64,000 nucleotides of DNA from a virus: the IMG/VR virus record IMGVR_UViG_3300030399_000348; one strand, 5' to 3'. Below are positions 39,493-49,572 of the stretch, in pieces. The position numbers were made by a program, and so were the translations under genes. The stretch's first letter is position 1. Each line of letters opens with the position of its first letter. A model generated the notes under the pieces. It was not told where the DNA came from and ran no database searches. It saw nothing but the letters and a program-made list of their open reading frames with translations.

Positions 39493-42400
39493 TTAACCAT
39501 TCGGCGGTGCGGTGGGAATCCGTCGCCCTCGAACAGTCGTCGGCGCTGCTGTCGGTGACGGTGCACCTGTTTCCACCGCCTTCCGAGTGTCGTCCAACGT
39601 CCCCGTCTGCATGTTCGTATCGTGAGAATACTGCGTGATGTGAACGGTGTAGCTAACTGGGGCACCCTGTGCATCATTGTTCGCGGTTACCGGACCGCCC
39701 AACTTGGCTCCAGACGCTTCGAGCATCTTCTGTTGCTGAACGTATTGGTCGGGGGTTAAGACGAAATCTCCCGCCGTGTCCATCTGGTCATTCATTTCCT
39801 TTAGCGCGTCGGTGAGGGGTTGCTGTCCGCCTTGGATTTCTCCCCTTGCTATGTCCGCCAAGTTAGCCGCGTCGTATTGAGACAACCCGGAACCTGCGCC
39901 AAACTTTGTCCTCGTCGCCAACGCCTCTTTCTTAGACTGCTCATCCCTTAGTTGTTTTTCGAGATCGGCCTTCTTCTGGGTATCATTTGGATCGACCCCC
40001 TCAAGTTGCCTGTTAATGTCCGCGATTCGGAGATCGTTGTCGGCAGCGGCTTGGTTGAGCTTAGCCAAATCCTTTTTAACTGATGCCGCGCCCTCAAGCT
40101 CCATATCTTCCGACACGCCGCCGAACCACTTCGAGTGGGCGAAGTACAACCGAATTTTTTCGAGGACGTTCACCACCTCAGTGAAGTAGTAGCTAAATGC
40201 ATTGGCAAAAATGTCTGCCGTGGTTTGCGTCACTCTGCCAGCCGAGCGTGCGGCTTCTTCAATACGATCTTTTTCCGCCTTTAATTTGTCGTCGTCCATC
40301 CCCTTTGCGAGAGTATCGTTTGTGGAGTACGCCGCCTCAATCCCCTCGTCCTGACCTCGGAGGAGTGCTTGGAACTTTCCACCGAAGCCGCCCGCCGTTT
40401 TCTCCTTAGTCCACCGTTCGAGGGCTTCCTTGTAAGTTTCCATCGTTCCGTCAGATTTCTTTTGTAGCTCAGCGCCCGGCCCGAGCTTATCCTTGAACGC
40501 ATTAAATACGGCTTCCGACTGCTCGGGGGTGCTCAGTGCGACCTTGTACCTAGCCTGACCCTGTTGCTGTAATTGCAACTGCTGATCGCGAAGGAACGTG
40601 GGAGAAAGACCAGCCATCGTCGATGCCTGCTCGAACAACTGGGTATTCGCTGCCCCGCCTTCCTCGTACAACTTGTTGGGATTGATACCCGCCAACTTCA
40701 TGACCATTTTTGCGGACGCCAAGTTCTCATTTGCCTGAGACTGTGGACTCTTTCCGAGACCTGTCGTAATGGCTTGCATTTCGACATCCGATATCTTTCC
40801 CTTCGACCACTGATCCAACGCCTGTGCTCTTTGCGTCTCAACCGCTGCGGTGCTGAGAGCCCCTTGAGCGGAAATAAATTTCCTAGCGTCAACTCCGGGG
40901 TGGTTGGCTTGGAAGGTCGTTATCATCGTATTCAATTGTTCGCGACCACCCGGCTGTTGCAGCATTGACTTAACAGTGTCCTTGTCCAAATCCATACCGA
41001 GACCACCCGGTCCAGCCAAGGCTTTGAAAGCGTTGGTTGCCTGTCGGTCTGCAATGTCGTTTTGCTGTTTGGCACTCACAGCCGCCTGACTTGGACCGCC
41101 GCCCTCTCCGGGCTGCTTCATCATGGAGTTGAGGAATATCTGCATACCCACGTCGCGTTTAGGATCACCAAGAATCATCTTCATGTTTGCTTGAAGGTCT
41201 TCCGCTGTGCTACGTCCGGTCATGCTGAGGGCACGCAAGACTCCCGAGGTCTGATCGATGGACTTATTCATACGGTCAAACTGTCCCGTGACTTCTTCAA
41301 GAATCGAAACGTACTTTGCTACGGAAAGTCCAGCCATGCGAAAATCTTTATTGATGTTCACCATGAAGGTGTTCATACCCTCCATCGACTCGCGGTACTG
41401 TGTGAGCAACTTCATGCCCATCTGAACCGACGACGCATCGCCCATGCCTGACACACGTCCCGTTGTAGCGGCCATCTTCTGGACTTCGCCGAAAGTTCCC
41501 GGAGCGAAGTCTCCCTTCTTATCCCCAAACACCCCGCCTTGCCCGATTTCTTCTATGCCGTAACCAGATTCGATAACCGACTGCGCCATCTTGATGTTTC
41601 GGTCGTAATTGAGCCCTAGAGCACTGACGCCATAAGCTGGCATCAAATTCGAACGAGCCGCGAGGAATGTATCCGCAGCGGACTTGCCGCCCGGTCCACC
41701 AGCGCCCGCGAGCAGACCGCCGCCTGACAGCGTTTCCGCTTGCTTGTTCATCTCGGCATTCTTGTCGATGAGAGCCACGATCAAGTCCTTGACCGCTTCG
41801 GCAATCGCCAGAGGGAGGGCGAACTTACCTGCCAACTCCGCTCCCGTACCTACCGCGCTCTCTACGAGCCCGCCGCCGCCAGTTAGCTTCCCCATGAGAC
41901 CACCCTTGGGGGCTGCGCCCGCTTGTTGAAGCAGGTTCATCGTGGTCCCCAAGTCTCCCGTCCCACCCGCACCGCCTGCCTTCGCCATTTTCTTACGATC
42001 CGACGCCATCTTTGCCCAATCGACGCCACCATCGGCGGAACGCGCCAACTTGATATGACCCTTCTTCTCCAAGTCCTCCACCGCTGCCCGAGCCATGTCG
42101 CGTCTGCCCATGAAGTCGCCACGGTTTGCTTCTCGCTTTGCTTTGGCGGCCTCTTTCAACTTAATTCCCGCCTCGCCCATAGCCGTCCACTTCTCGAATC
42201 TACCCGCTTTCATGATGCCCGCGTCGATCAGAGCTTTCCTTGTGTCTCCAACGTATGTGCCGATCTTACCCATTTTCAGATTGCTGACAGCCGCGCCTAA
42301 ACGGGTCGTTTCCTTCGCTGCCGCCGCGATGTTTTTTGTAACCTCTACCCAACCGTCCGCAGCCTTGAATACTTCCTCGGCCTTGTCGCCGTATTGTTCG

Positions 42401-42870
42401 GTTACTTTGGACAACCGCTGTTCTGCCGCTGTCAGATTGGCAATCTGGCGATTAAACCCAGCAACCAGTTTTGAGTTTTCTTTGTTTCGAACGGCCATCT
42501 CTCGGAGGTTCAGGATCAAACCCTGATATGCCGTCTTAGCAGCGCCCAGCCCCTTGTTTTGGGCGAAGTTTCTGGCGAGTTCCTTCGTCTGATCGCTCAT
42601 CACCTTCAAGGCTTCGGTGGTATTGTCGGCAATGAGGATACTGCCGCGTAGGTTGTCCCTGAATTTTAGGATTTTCTTGTCGGCGGTCTCTACCTTCAGA
42701 CCCAATGTGTCAAGACCCTGAGCGATCTTGTCTAAGACTTTGGCGGCGTTCGATGATTCAATTGAATCACCCAAGTCGCGCATGACGTTAAATTCAGACG
42801 GAGGATTCCCGCCCCCTCCTGCTGGAGGGGCACCACCACCGCCCGGAGGTACTCCACCGAATCCACCCAT
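39493..42870 (-). CDS. tape measure protein
   Basis: 1125 aa, Ala/Gly/Lys/Met-rich helical composition, between chaperone-like and baseplate genes. Confidence 0.75.
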   Translation of the reverse strand: MGGFGGVPPGGGGAPPAGGGGNPPSEFNVMRDLGDSIESSNAAKVLDKIAQGLDTLGLKVETADKKILKFRDNLRGSILIADNTTEALKVMSDQTKELARNFAQNKGLGAAKTAYQGLILNLREMAVRNKENSKLVAGFNRQIANLTAAEQRLSKVTEQYGDKAEEVFKAADGWVEVTKNIAAAAKETTRLGAAVSNLKMGKIGTYVGDTRKALIDAGIMKAGRFEKWTAMGEAGIKLKEAAKAKREANRGDFMGRRDMARAAVEDLEKKGHIKLARSADGGVDWAKMASDRKKMAKAGGAGGTGDLGTTMNLLQQAGAAPKGGLMGKLTGGGGLVESAVGTGAELAGKFALPLAIAEAVKDLIVALIDKNAEMNKQAETLSGGGLLAGAGGPGGKSAADTFLAARSNLMPAYGVSALGLNYDRNIKMAQSVIESGYGIEEIGQGGVFGDKKGDFAPGTFGEVQKMAATTGRVSGMGDASSVQMGMKLLTQYRESMEGMNTFMVNINKDFRMAGLSVAKYVSILEEVTGQFDRMNKSIDQTSGVLRALSMTGRSTAEDLQANMKMILGDPKRDVGMQIFLNSMMKQPGEGGGPSQAAVSAKQQNDIADRQATNAFKALAGPGGLGMDLDKDTVKSMLQQPGGREQLNTMITTFQANHPGVDARKFISAQGALSTAAVETQRAQALDQWSKGKISDVEMQAITTGLGKSPQSQANENLASAKMVMKLAGINPNKLYEEGGAANTQLFEQASTMAGLSPTFLRDQQLQLQQQGQARYKVALSTPEQSEAVFNAFKDKLGPGAELQKKSDGTMETYKEALERWTKEKTAGGFGGKFQALLRGQDEGIEAAYSTNDTLAKGMDDDKLKAEKDRIEEAARSAGRVTQTTADIFANAFSYYFTEVVNVLEKIRLYFAHSKWFGGVSEDMELEGAASVKKDLAKLNQAAADNDLRIADINRQLEGVDPNDTQKKADLEKQLRDEQSKKEALATRTKFGAGSGLSQYDAANLADIARGEIQGGQQPLTDALKEMNDQMDTAGDFVLTPDQYVQQQKMLEASGAKLGGPVTANNDAQGAPVSYTVHITQYSHDTNMQTGTLDDTRKAVETGAPSPTAAPTTVRGRRIPTAPPNG

Positions 42871-42874
42871 TTAC

Positions 42875-43552
42875 TTACTTCTTTTCTTCAGTGGGAAGCG
42901 CCCCGTCAATCTCTGGGTCGTATAGCTTCGCCACGGACTCTTGGATGATCTGCTCTGTCGCCGCGTCGATCTGCTGTCGCGCTTGTTCCATCAGGCGAGA
43001 CTCGACTTCGGTCATGAGAGCGGATTCCGGCAAGCTCAACTTCAATCGATCCTCAATGCTCTGAGAGTGAGTCATGAGAATCTTCCAGAGAACTTCAACG
43101 ATTTCTTCCCCCCACCCCTTAAGAAGGTTTCGGAAGACGACCTGAATATCCCGGATCGCCTTGATCGGCTTTCCATCGTCGTCTTTGGCGGTCGGGTCGG
43201 TTACGAGCCGCTGTTCGGGCGTCAGGTTGCGAAGGCTTCTTCCATTGACCCAAGAAATGGCTCGGGACAGAATTTCGATCTTCACCGACTTGACCCAGAT
43301 GTAGCCCTTTTGCCCCTCCACCGCCAGCAACGACTGCATTTCGTCGGTCGTTGGGATGTTTGAGACGCGAAGATCGACCTTCTTGCCGTTCTTCATCTTG
43401 ATCGTGATGATCTCTTCGAGGTCCTCGATCCCGAACCCTTTTAGATCAGCGACGATATCGTCCAAAGAAAGAAGACTTTCTTCTGAATGAGAGACAATTT
43501 CGGCCTGTGCTTGTGTGACTTGCTCAGCCTGTTGCTTAATTTGCTCTTCCAC
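42875..43552 (-). CDS. putative tail assembly chaperone
   Basis: Acidic 225-aa helical protein directly upstream of the tape measure gene. Confidence 0.5.
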   Translation of the reverse strand: MEEQIKQQAEQVTQAQAEIVSHSEESLLSLDDIVADLKGFGIEDLEEIITIKMKNGKKVDLRVSNIPTTDEMQSLLAVEGQKGYIWVKSVKIEILSRAISWVNGRSLRNLTPEQRLVTDPTAKDDDGKPIKAIRDIQVVFRNLLKGWGEEIVEVLWKILMTHSQSIEDRLKLSLPESALMTEVESRLMEQARQQIDAATEQIIQESVAKLYDPEIDGALPTEEKK

Positions 43553-43566
43553 AAAACGCTCCTAAG

Positions 43567-43758
43567 TTACTGGTTATTCGACTGGTTAGTCGAGTTTTGA
43601 TTTTGGACTTGCTCTTCGAGCTTCTGCATCACCTGCTCGTGCTTATCCGTGCCGTCAAGGTAGCCCTGAAGCTCCTTCAGGTCCTCCTTGACTGTCGTGC
43701 TTTCGAGGGCGTGACCCCACCCATCGTCCTGCGTGACCGTACATTTGCTCGTTGGCAT
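43567..43758 (-). CDS. small protein duplicating a module of the upstream 384-aa protein
   Basis: CAGGAGG SD before the ATG at 43758. DDGWGH...GTDKHEQVM matches DDGWAH...GDKHERVM. Confidence 0.65.
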   Translation of the reverse strand: MPTSKCTVTQDDGWGHALESTTVKEDLKELQGYLDGTDKHEQVMQKLEEQVQNQNSTNQSNNQ

Positions 43759-43808
43759 GACTGCCTCCTGATAATCCAACCCGCAGGTTGAAACTTGAGA
43801 ATCGCTGT

Positions 43809-44963
43809 TTAATTTCTGTACCTACGGAGCTTAGAAACATTGGTTTCAACAGTTTCCCGGCGTTCGCGCTCCTTGATGCGCTCTTTGACTGGGGGTAGTT
43901 TCCCCGCTTTGAGGGCGGCCTGACGTTCGCGCATCTCCGCTTCGGTGAAATACTCCACACGCTCGTCAACTACACCAGCGCGTCCGGTAGTGTTGCGCTC
44001 CTTACGAACCTCGTCGATCTTCTTCAGTCGTTTTTCCTCTTCAGCTTCCATCTGTACCCCCCATGCGTCCATAACCCTTTCGTGTTTGTCGCCCCTAATC
44101 ATGGCGTTCATTTCTCGCAGCAACTCTTCCATTGACGAACCGCCGCCGTGCGCCCACCCATCGTCCGTTTTCTTCTCTTCGTTCTTGACGATTCGAGCCC
44201 ACGGGTCCATGGAGTCCGTTTCCAAAGTTCGGGCGACACGCTTCAGGTCCGCCACTACTGGCTCGGCACCCTTACCCACTTGTGGGCGGACGATGAGCAC
44301 GGCATTCCAGTTCTCATCCAGCCGCTTCTTCGCTTGCTCACGGTAGGTACAGAGGCTCGCCCACGTTCGCACCTGATCGGGTGGGTTGGCGATTTGTATC
44401 CGCTTGCCATCGGGCATGGTTATTGTTCGGTTTTCGTAGTTGGTGAGCTTTACCCCTTTGCTAAACCACAAGGTCTCCGACATCTGAGTGCAAGAAAACG
44501 CGGATATGTACGGCGATAGGGACATGTCGTAATCGGTCATCTTACGGATGATCTCGATCAACTCATACACCTCAACGGAAGACATCATCTCGACCTCCGG
44601 GGCAGAGAAGGAGGTGCCCAACAGGATCATGTTGAGGATGAAATCGTCTGGGTTCTTGATCCAGCGTTTAAGCTGCTTGCGCTCCGATGGGTGGACCCCC
44701 CTCACCCAACCGATTTGTCTATCCCCGTTCATCAAGGGGCGTATGCGGGCCCCCATCTCAAGAAGCTCTTCGATATTTTCCGACACCTGCTTTCGCACGG
44801 CGTCAAGATATTCCGTGGGGGCGGGCTTATACTCCCCGCTCTGAATTCGATCCAGCATCTCCTTACCCGTGGGCAAGGAACGGCGCAGGTTTGGTGGTCG
44901 GCGTTTGGGGGCGGCTTCAAACTGACCCCCCATCACCGCTCGGTTAACCTTTTCGGCGGCCAT
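43809..44963 (-). CDS. hypothetical protein (tail assembly region)
   Basis: 384 aa, charged, overlaps the upstream gene. Confidence 0.7.
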   Translation of the reverse strand: MAAEKVNRAVMGGQFEAAPKRRPPNLRRSLPTGKEMLDRIQSGEYKPAPTEYLDAVRKQVSENIEELLEMGARIRPLMNGDRQIGWVRGVHPSERKQLKRWIKNPDDFILNMILLGTSFSAPEVEMMSSVEVYELIEIIRKMTDYDMSLSPYISAFSCTQMSETLWFSKGVKLTNYENRTITMPDGKRIQIANPPDQVRTWASLCTYREQAKKRLDENWNAVLIVRPQVGKGAEPVVADLKRVARTLETDSMDPWARIVKNEEKKTDDGWAHGGGSSMEELLREMNAMIRGDKHERVMDAWGVQMEAEEEKRLKKIDEVRKERNTTGRAGVVDERVEYFTEAEMRERQAALKAGKLPPVKERIKERERRETVETNVSKLRRYRN

Positions 44964-45468
44964 TGATTTCCTCGTCGCTAGGATCGGGTGTGGCTCTCGT
45001 AGCTCCGCGCAGCTTCGACCCCTTCAAGATCGCCGCCTCAAGCTCCCGGGTCTCCCGAAGTTCTTCCTTACCATATTTATTTTCGAGCAACTCTTCGGCA
45101 CGACGGAACGCCTCGTCTTCTTGATTTCTAATTTCCTGCTCGACGCGACGGGAATATTTGAGAGGCTCCGGGGCTCTGTACAACCCCATGGTTTTGAAAA
45201 TGCAAGGGGCTGGTAGGCTGCCTTTGTACACCGTAAAAATGCGGTCGATGATCGATACCGGGATGGCGGCGAACACCTTGATCGCTTCTGCCATGTTGTT
45301 GATTTTCAATCTGGTTTTCGCTACGGATATCTCCGCTAAAGCGTAGGCGAGGAGTTGTCTCCTGCGGTCGAGTTTGGGGTCTGCTTTGATCCCGAATTCT
45401 TCACGCCAGTGAATAGGCCGGAACCAGAACTGGTACTTGAGAACCTTGACCTCGACTGTGTTGTCCAT
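44944..45468 (-). CDS. hypothetical protein, first gene of the minus-strand operon
   Basis: Probable start MDNTVEV with AAAGGT SD. Confidence 0.65.
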   Translation of the reverse strand: MDNTVEVKVLKYQFWFRPIHWREEFGIKADPKLDRRRQLLAYALAEISVAKTRLKINNMAEAIKVFAAIPVSIIDRIFTVYKGSLPAPCIFKTMGLYRAPEPLKYSRRVEQEIRNQEDEAFRRAEELLENKYGKEELRETRELEAAILKGSKLRGATRATPDPSDEEINGRRKG

Positions 45469-45694
45469 ATACCTTTCAAACGCAAAGCGCAAATGGGTGA
45501 AATCATCACCAGTAGTTTAATACGCCGAACTTGCTCCGAAAAGCTGGTATTAAGCAAGTACATGCGTCTCGGTCTGATGGTTGATGACCGAGTTCGTGGG
45601 GGGTGGTTACCGTCCCTTTCCACCCCCACTTTTTCGAAAAAGGACGGTGTTCTCGCTAAAAACCCGAAACCGCTAAATTCGGTTGTAAAAGGAC

Positions 45695-47347
45695 GTGTTT
45701 GTGAACGAAGTAAAAATCGACGTATTGGTATACCGCCTTCTCTCTGGGGATCAATCCCTGCTCGATACCCTCCGCAAAAACATTAAACCTCTAAAGAAAA
45801 TTTGCAACTGGACAAAACAGGACGATGACGAGTGCTACAAGATTCTCGACATCATCATCCAATACTCGGAACGCTTTCACCAACTCCCACCAAACAAAAA
45901 CGCTCTCCGCGATTTCGTAAAAACATCCGAAGAACACGAGCTTCGAATGGGTTGGTCGGAGACTTTAGTCGCCGCGCTTAAAGGCCTGAACGACATCGAC
46001 GAGACCCGCTTGAAGTCCATCTCCGACATCAACATCCTGATCGAAAACGTCATCAAGGAAGCTGAGAAAGATCATTACCGTTTCCTCGGACAGCACTTCG
46101 AGGGAATCGTCAACTCAGGTCCGACGAAGCAGGTCGGGAAGTTCAAGGACCCCAGCGGAACAAAAGACGCAAAAGCCATGATGCTCAAAGCACTCATGGA
46201 TGATGTCTACACCGAGACCGAAATCGAGTCTGGCTGGCTGCATGAACACATCGACAGTGTTGCTGACTCCCTAGACAAGCGGTTGGTGGGAGAATCCACC
46301 GCAACCCGCATGAAAACATTGATGCCCCACGTAGATAAAGCGTGCATCATCGGACCGCAAAACCTAAGCTTTGTCGGCATCGCCGGAATGAGTGGTGATG
46401 GTAAGACCACCGTCCTCAACACCATTGTTTACAATTGGTTGAAGCAGGGGTTTAACGGGCTCTACATCAGCTTCGAACATGCGCCTCTCGAAATCTGGGA
46501 GTTCATGGCGTTCCTACACGCTTCACACGAAGACTACGAGGATTGTGGCATCGAGCTACCCTCATTGTCGGACTGGGATTTGGCACGAGATGATGAGTCG
46601 GGTATCGTAATCTCACCCGAGGTCCGAGCGCACATGGCTCGCATCCTACGGGAAATGAAAACAAACGTCAATCTCCCGGGGCATCTCGACGTGCAAGCCA
46701 GTGTGAACATCAACTCGTTCGAGGCATTCGTCAGCTACTTGGAGGCATTCGCCGACCAAGGGAACTACCAGTTTGCAGTGATCGACTATCTTGCCCGATT
46801 TGCTTCGGTGGGGGATTCCCGCTTTCGCGATCAGGAAACTAAAGACACCATCCACAAGACGCAGATTCTCACTCGTAACTACCACAACGGCCGAGGGCTT
46901 GTGGTCGTGACACCAATGCAGGTCAACCGTGAAGCGAACAAAGCGGCGAAAAAAGCAGCTTCGGAGAAAGAAAACGACGCCAAAGGGGAGGGTAGCAGTG
47001 CGAACAAAAGCGTGAGCACATTCTACGATCTCAACGCCATCGCCAATTTTTCCGAGTATCAACACGATATGGATTACATCTTTTCGGTGTATTCCGATGA
47101 AACGATGAAATGGAAGTTCGAGCTTTACATGGAGACTCTCAAGGTGAGAAAAGGTAAACGCCCACCTATGGCACTCATGGAGATTCTTGCGGGGTCTGGT
47201 CGAGTGGTTCAAAAACTTGGCTCAGATTCCAATTCAGATAACACCCCCAAAGAGCGGTTCATGGCGGATGACGAGACCTCCCACACCGGGGCGACTCCCA
47301 CCACAAGAAGCGAAATCATCGACGTTGGGTTGGAAGATGAGAGCTAA
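45695..47347 (+). CDS. DnaB-like replicative helicase
   Basis: Walker A GMSGDGKT, LYISFEH, AVIDYL, VVVTPMQVNR and K.RKG motifs of SF4 helicases. Confidence 0.85.
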   Translation: MFVNEVKIDVLVYRLLSGDQSLLDTLRKNIKPLKKICNWTKQDDDECYKILDIIIQYSERFHQLPPNKNALRDFVKTSEEHELRMGWSETLVAALKGLNDIDETRLKSISDINILIENVIKEAEKDHYRFLGQHFEGIVNSGPTKQVGKFKDPSGTKDAKAMMLKALMDDVYTETEIESGWLHEHIDSVADSLDKRLVGESTATRMKTLMPHVDKACIIGPQNLSFVGIAGMSGDGKTTVLNTIVYNWLKQGFNGLYISFEHAPLEIWEFMAFLHASHEDYEDCGIELPSLSDWDLARDDESGIVISPEVRAHMARILREMKTNVNLPGHLDVQASVNINSFEAFVSYLEAFADQGNYQFAVIDYLARFASVGDSRFRDQETKDTIHKTQILTRNYHNGRGLVVVTPMQVNREANKAAKKAASEKENDAKGEGSSANKSVSTFYDLNAIANFSEYQHDMDYIFSVYSDETMKWKFELYMETLKVRKGKRPPMALMEILAGSGRVVQKLGSDSNSDNTPKERFMADDETSHTGATPTTRSEIIDVGLEDES

Positions 47348-47349
47348 CA

Positions 47350-48324
47350 ATGGGTAGACCGTATCGACCATTCTATAGTGATCGTGAGGAATGTTTCCTC
47401 ATGCCCCCAGCCGCGTTCAAAATCTGGATGTATCACTATAAATGTGAGGGTAAGGATCGACGAGAGTCGTGGCCTAGCATCGAGACGTTGATGGAAAAGT
47501 GTGACCTAAGTCGGAACACCATCAAAGCAAACCGTAAGTGGCTGACGGATAACGGTTGGTTGGTTCTGGTGAGGAAGAAAAGAACCCCACACGGACATTT
47601 CTCCGTCCCCGTCTTTAAGGTACGTCGTGGTTCGGTTCCGAGTCAAATTTTGGTCTCCCGTAAGGACCCGACCGTGGACCTAAATATGGGTCTCGGTGAA
47701 GGACCCGTAGACCAAGAATTGGGCTACGGTACGCCTACCGAGGACCAAAAATTGGACTGCGGTGTCATCGAACACCGTAGCCCGATTATTACCCCCCCGT
47801 CGCAGGCCGAAAATTGGGTTCCCGACGCGGGCCAAAAAATAGCCCCAGAAGTAATGTCAATAATACAAGACCCTAATGAATGTCAGGGTGAAGGAATGTT
47901 ACGAGTGAGTGAGTTAGTGAGTAATGCTGGGGCTAACGCCCCCGACGACACCGACTCGTCAAGTTCGCTCTCGGACGAAACGAAGGAAGAGTTTTTGGCA
48001 TTCCTGTTAGCCCTGATGCCATCCACCCCTGTCGTTAAATTGAGGAGACAGTTCCAAGCCCTGACCCTGCTTCAGGACCGCAACCTCAACATCAGGGACA
48101 TTGAAGAATTTTGGTATTGGAATCAGACCCATAAAATGGGGAAGTTCCGTTGGTTCAGCATGAACGACATGCTTAAGGGTTTCGACTCCGACTCCGACCG
48201 AGGGGCTTTTGAGCAATGGCAGAAGTGCAGGACCTACCCCTGCTCTAAATGTTCCACCATCGAGCACCCCTACACGAGTTCGCGGGTTGGTATTAGTCCT
48301 TATGTGGTTCAGGGGGAAAAATGA
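47350..48324 (+). CDS. HTH-containing replication initiator (lambda O/DnaD-like)
   Basis: SWPSIETLMEKCDLSRNTIKANRKWLTDNGWL winged-HTH, internal iteron-like repeats, followed by a loader ATPase. Confidence 0.75.
   Translation: MGRPYRPFYSDREECFLMPPAAFKIWMYHYKCEGKDRRESWPSIETLMEKCDLSRNTIKANRKWLTDNGWLVLVRKKRTPHGHFSVPVFKVRRGSVPSQILVSRKDPTVDLNMGLGEGPVDQELGYGTPTEDQKLDCGVIEHRSPIITPPSQAENWVPDAGQKIAPEVMSIIQDPNECQGEGMLRVSELVSNAGANAPDDTDSSSSLSDETKEEFLAFLLALMPSTPVVKLRRQFQALTLLQDRNLNIRDIEEFWYWNQTHKMGKFRWFSMNDMLKGFDSDSDRGAFEQWQKCRTYPCSKCSTIEHPYTSSRVGISPYVVQGEK
47636..47850. repeat. iteron-like quasi-palindromic repeats (putative replication origin)
   Basis: ACCGTGGACCTAAATATGGGTCTCGGT (47671), CCCGTAGACCAAGAATTGGGCTACGGT (47704) and ACCGAGGACCAAAAATTGGACTGCGGT (47737), period 33, plus degenerate flanking copies. 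Confidence 0.7.
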
Positions 48325-48752
48325 CGCTTAACGACAAATGGTGCGAGACCTGCGGGTTCCTGCCTTGCCGTTGCGAAAAAGTAGCGGTTAAAAGACCTCT
48401 TACCCCAGCCGAGAGGTTAGCCGTCAAGTTCGCGGGTTTCCTGAATCTCTCGGGTGTGGATGTTTCCACGGGGCGGACATGGGCAGCTAAGCTGGAACCG
48501 CTCCTTGTCAATCGGGATTACGATGTAATTCTTCGAGTTATGGAATATGGCTGTACCCACAGTCCGTTTTGGGCCCGAGTCATATCGGGCTACAACCCTA
48601 AAGGGACACTGGATGTGATGGGATTTTTCGTGAAGAAGTTCGAAGTTATCGAGGGGCAGATGAAGGGTGATGAAAAGTACAAGTTTTTGGAAGAGCGAAG
48701 GAAAAAGAGGATTGTCCACGTTCCCAACGCTGTTGAACACGAGGAAATTTAA
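48321..48752 (+). CDS. hypothetical protein in replication module
   Basis: ATGA-coupled to the initiator gene. N-terminal CxxC...CxC. Confidence 0.7.
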   Translation: MTLNDKWCETCGFLPCRCEKVAVKRPLTPAERLAVKFAGFLNLSGVDVSTGRTWAAKLEPLLVNRDYDVILRVMEYGCTHSPFWARVISGYNPKGTLDVMGFFVKKFEVIEGQMKGDEKYKFLEERRKKRIVHVPNAVEHEEI

Positions 48753-49414
48753 TGGCTGACGATAGGATGCAATACTACTTGGACACGATCTCGGAGCCTG
48801 ACCGCCACGTGTTGGCGGATTTGAAGCCAAGCCCCATGGTCACGCCCTTTCTAGCTGATAAACGCCAGCAGAAGCTACTGGCACTTGTACAGAGCGACCC
48901 CGCAGGTAGTTTCGCTATCTTTGGTCCGAGTGGGTGCGGTAAGAGCACCATCATGTCCGCCCTCTTCCGCGAAGCGGTGTTTCGTCACCCCGCCAATTCC
49001 TTTGGCTATGCTCAACGCAGGTATGTCCCGGGGTACACACCCGTCATTTACGTGAACGCTTCCGAGTTGATGGATCAAATCGAACGGTTCAAGTACCACG
49101 ACGGTCCCATCCCCATCCTCACCGTAAGGAAGATTGAAGCGATGATCGCTGACGAGGTGTTCTTCACCGTTATCATCGATGAATTCGAGAAGGTTAGAAA
49201 AACCCCGTTCCGCATGGAGGAGTCGTACAACATCTTGAACGCAATTTACAAAGCTCGCGGCAAGTGCCAATTCTGCATTGCAGGCAACCTGAGGAAGGAA
49301 GACCTTGAGGCTGCTAACCTCTACGCCGAGGGGACTCGACGCCGCATCGAAGCGTTGGTCACCCCAGCGGCCGGTAAAGCCCGTTTCTTGGACTTGAATC
49401 CGAAGATTGAATAA
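48752..49414 (+). CDS. DnaC/IstB-like AAA+ helicase loader
   Basis: GPSGCGKS Walker A, VIIDEF Walker B, YVNASELMDQI. Confidence 0.8.
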   Translation: MADDRMQYYLDTISEPDRHVLADLKPSPMVTPFLADKRQQKLLALVQSDPAGSFAIFGPSGCGKSTIMSALFREAVFRHPANSFGYAQRRYVPGYTPVIYVNASELMDQIERFKYHDGPIPILTVRKIEAMIADEVFFTVIIDEFEKVRKTPFRMEESYNILNAIYKARGKCQFCIAGNLRKEDLEAANLYAEGTRRRIEALVTPAAGKARFLDLNPKIE

Positions 49415-49572
49415 ATTTCCCAACACCACTGCGAAAACGAAAAAACGCCTCAACGAAAAACCCATTAACACAGGCTAAATGAAAAACGCCTGTGAACCCG
49501 TTCACCCAATCTCGAAAGCTAATACATCGAGTAAACAATTTTAAGCCGCAGCCGACCTCGTAAGGAACCTTC

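Noticed and set aside
50-45786. Numerous plus-strand and alternative-frame ORFs over the virion operon
   Set aside because: Antisense or frame shadows of long, tightly packed minus-strand genes in GC-rich DNA.
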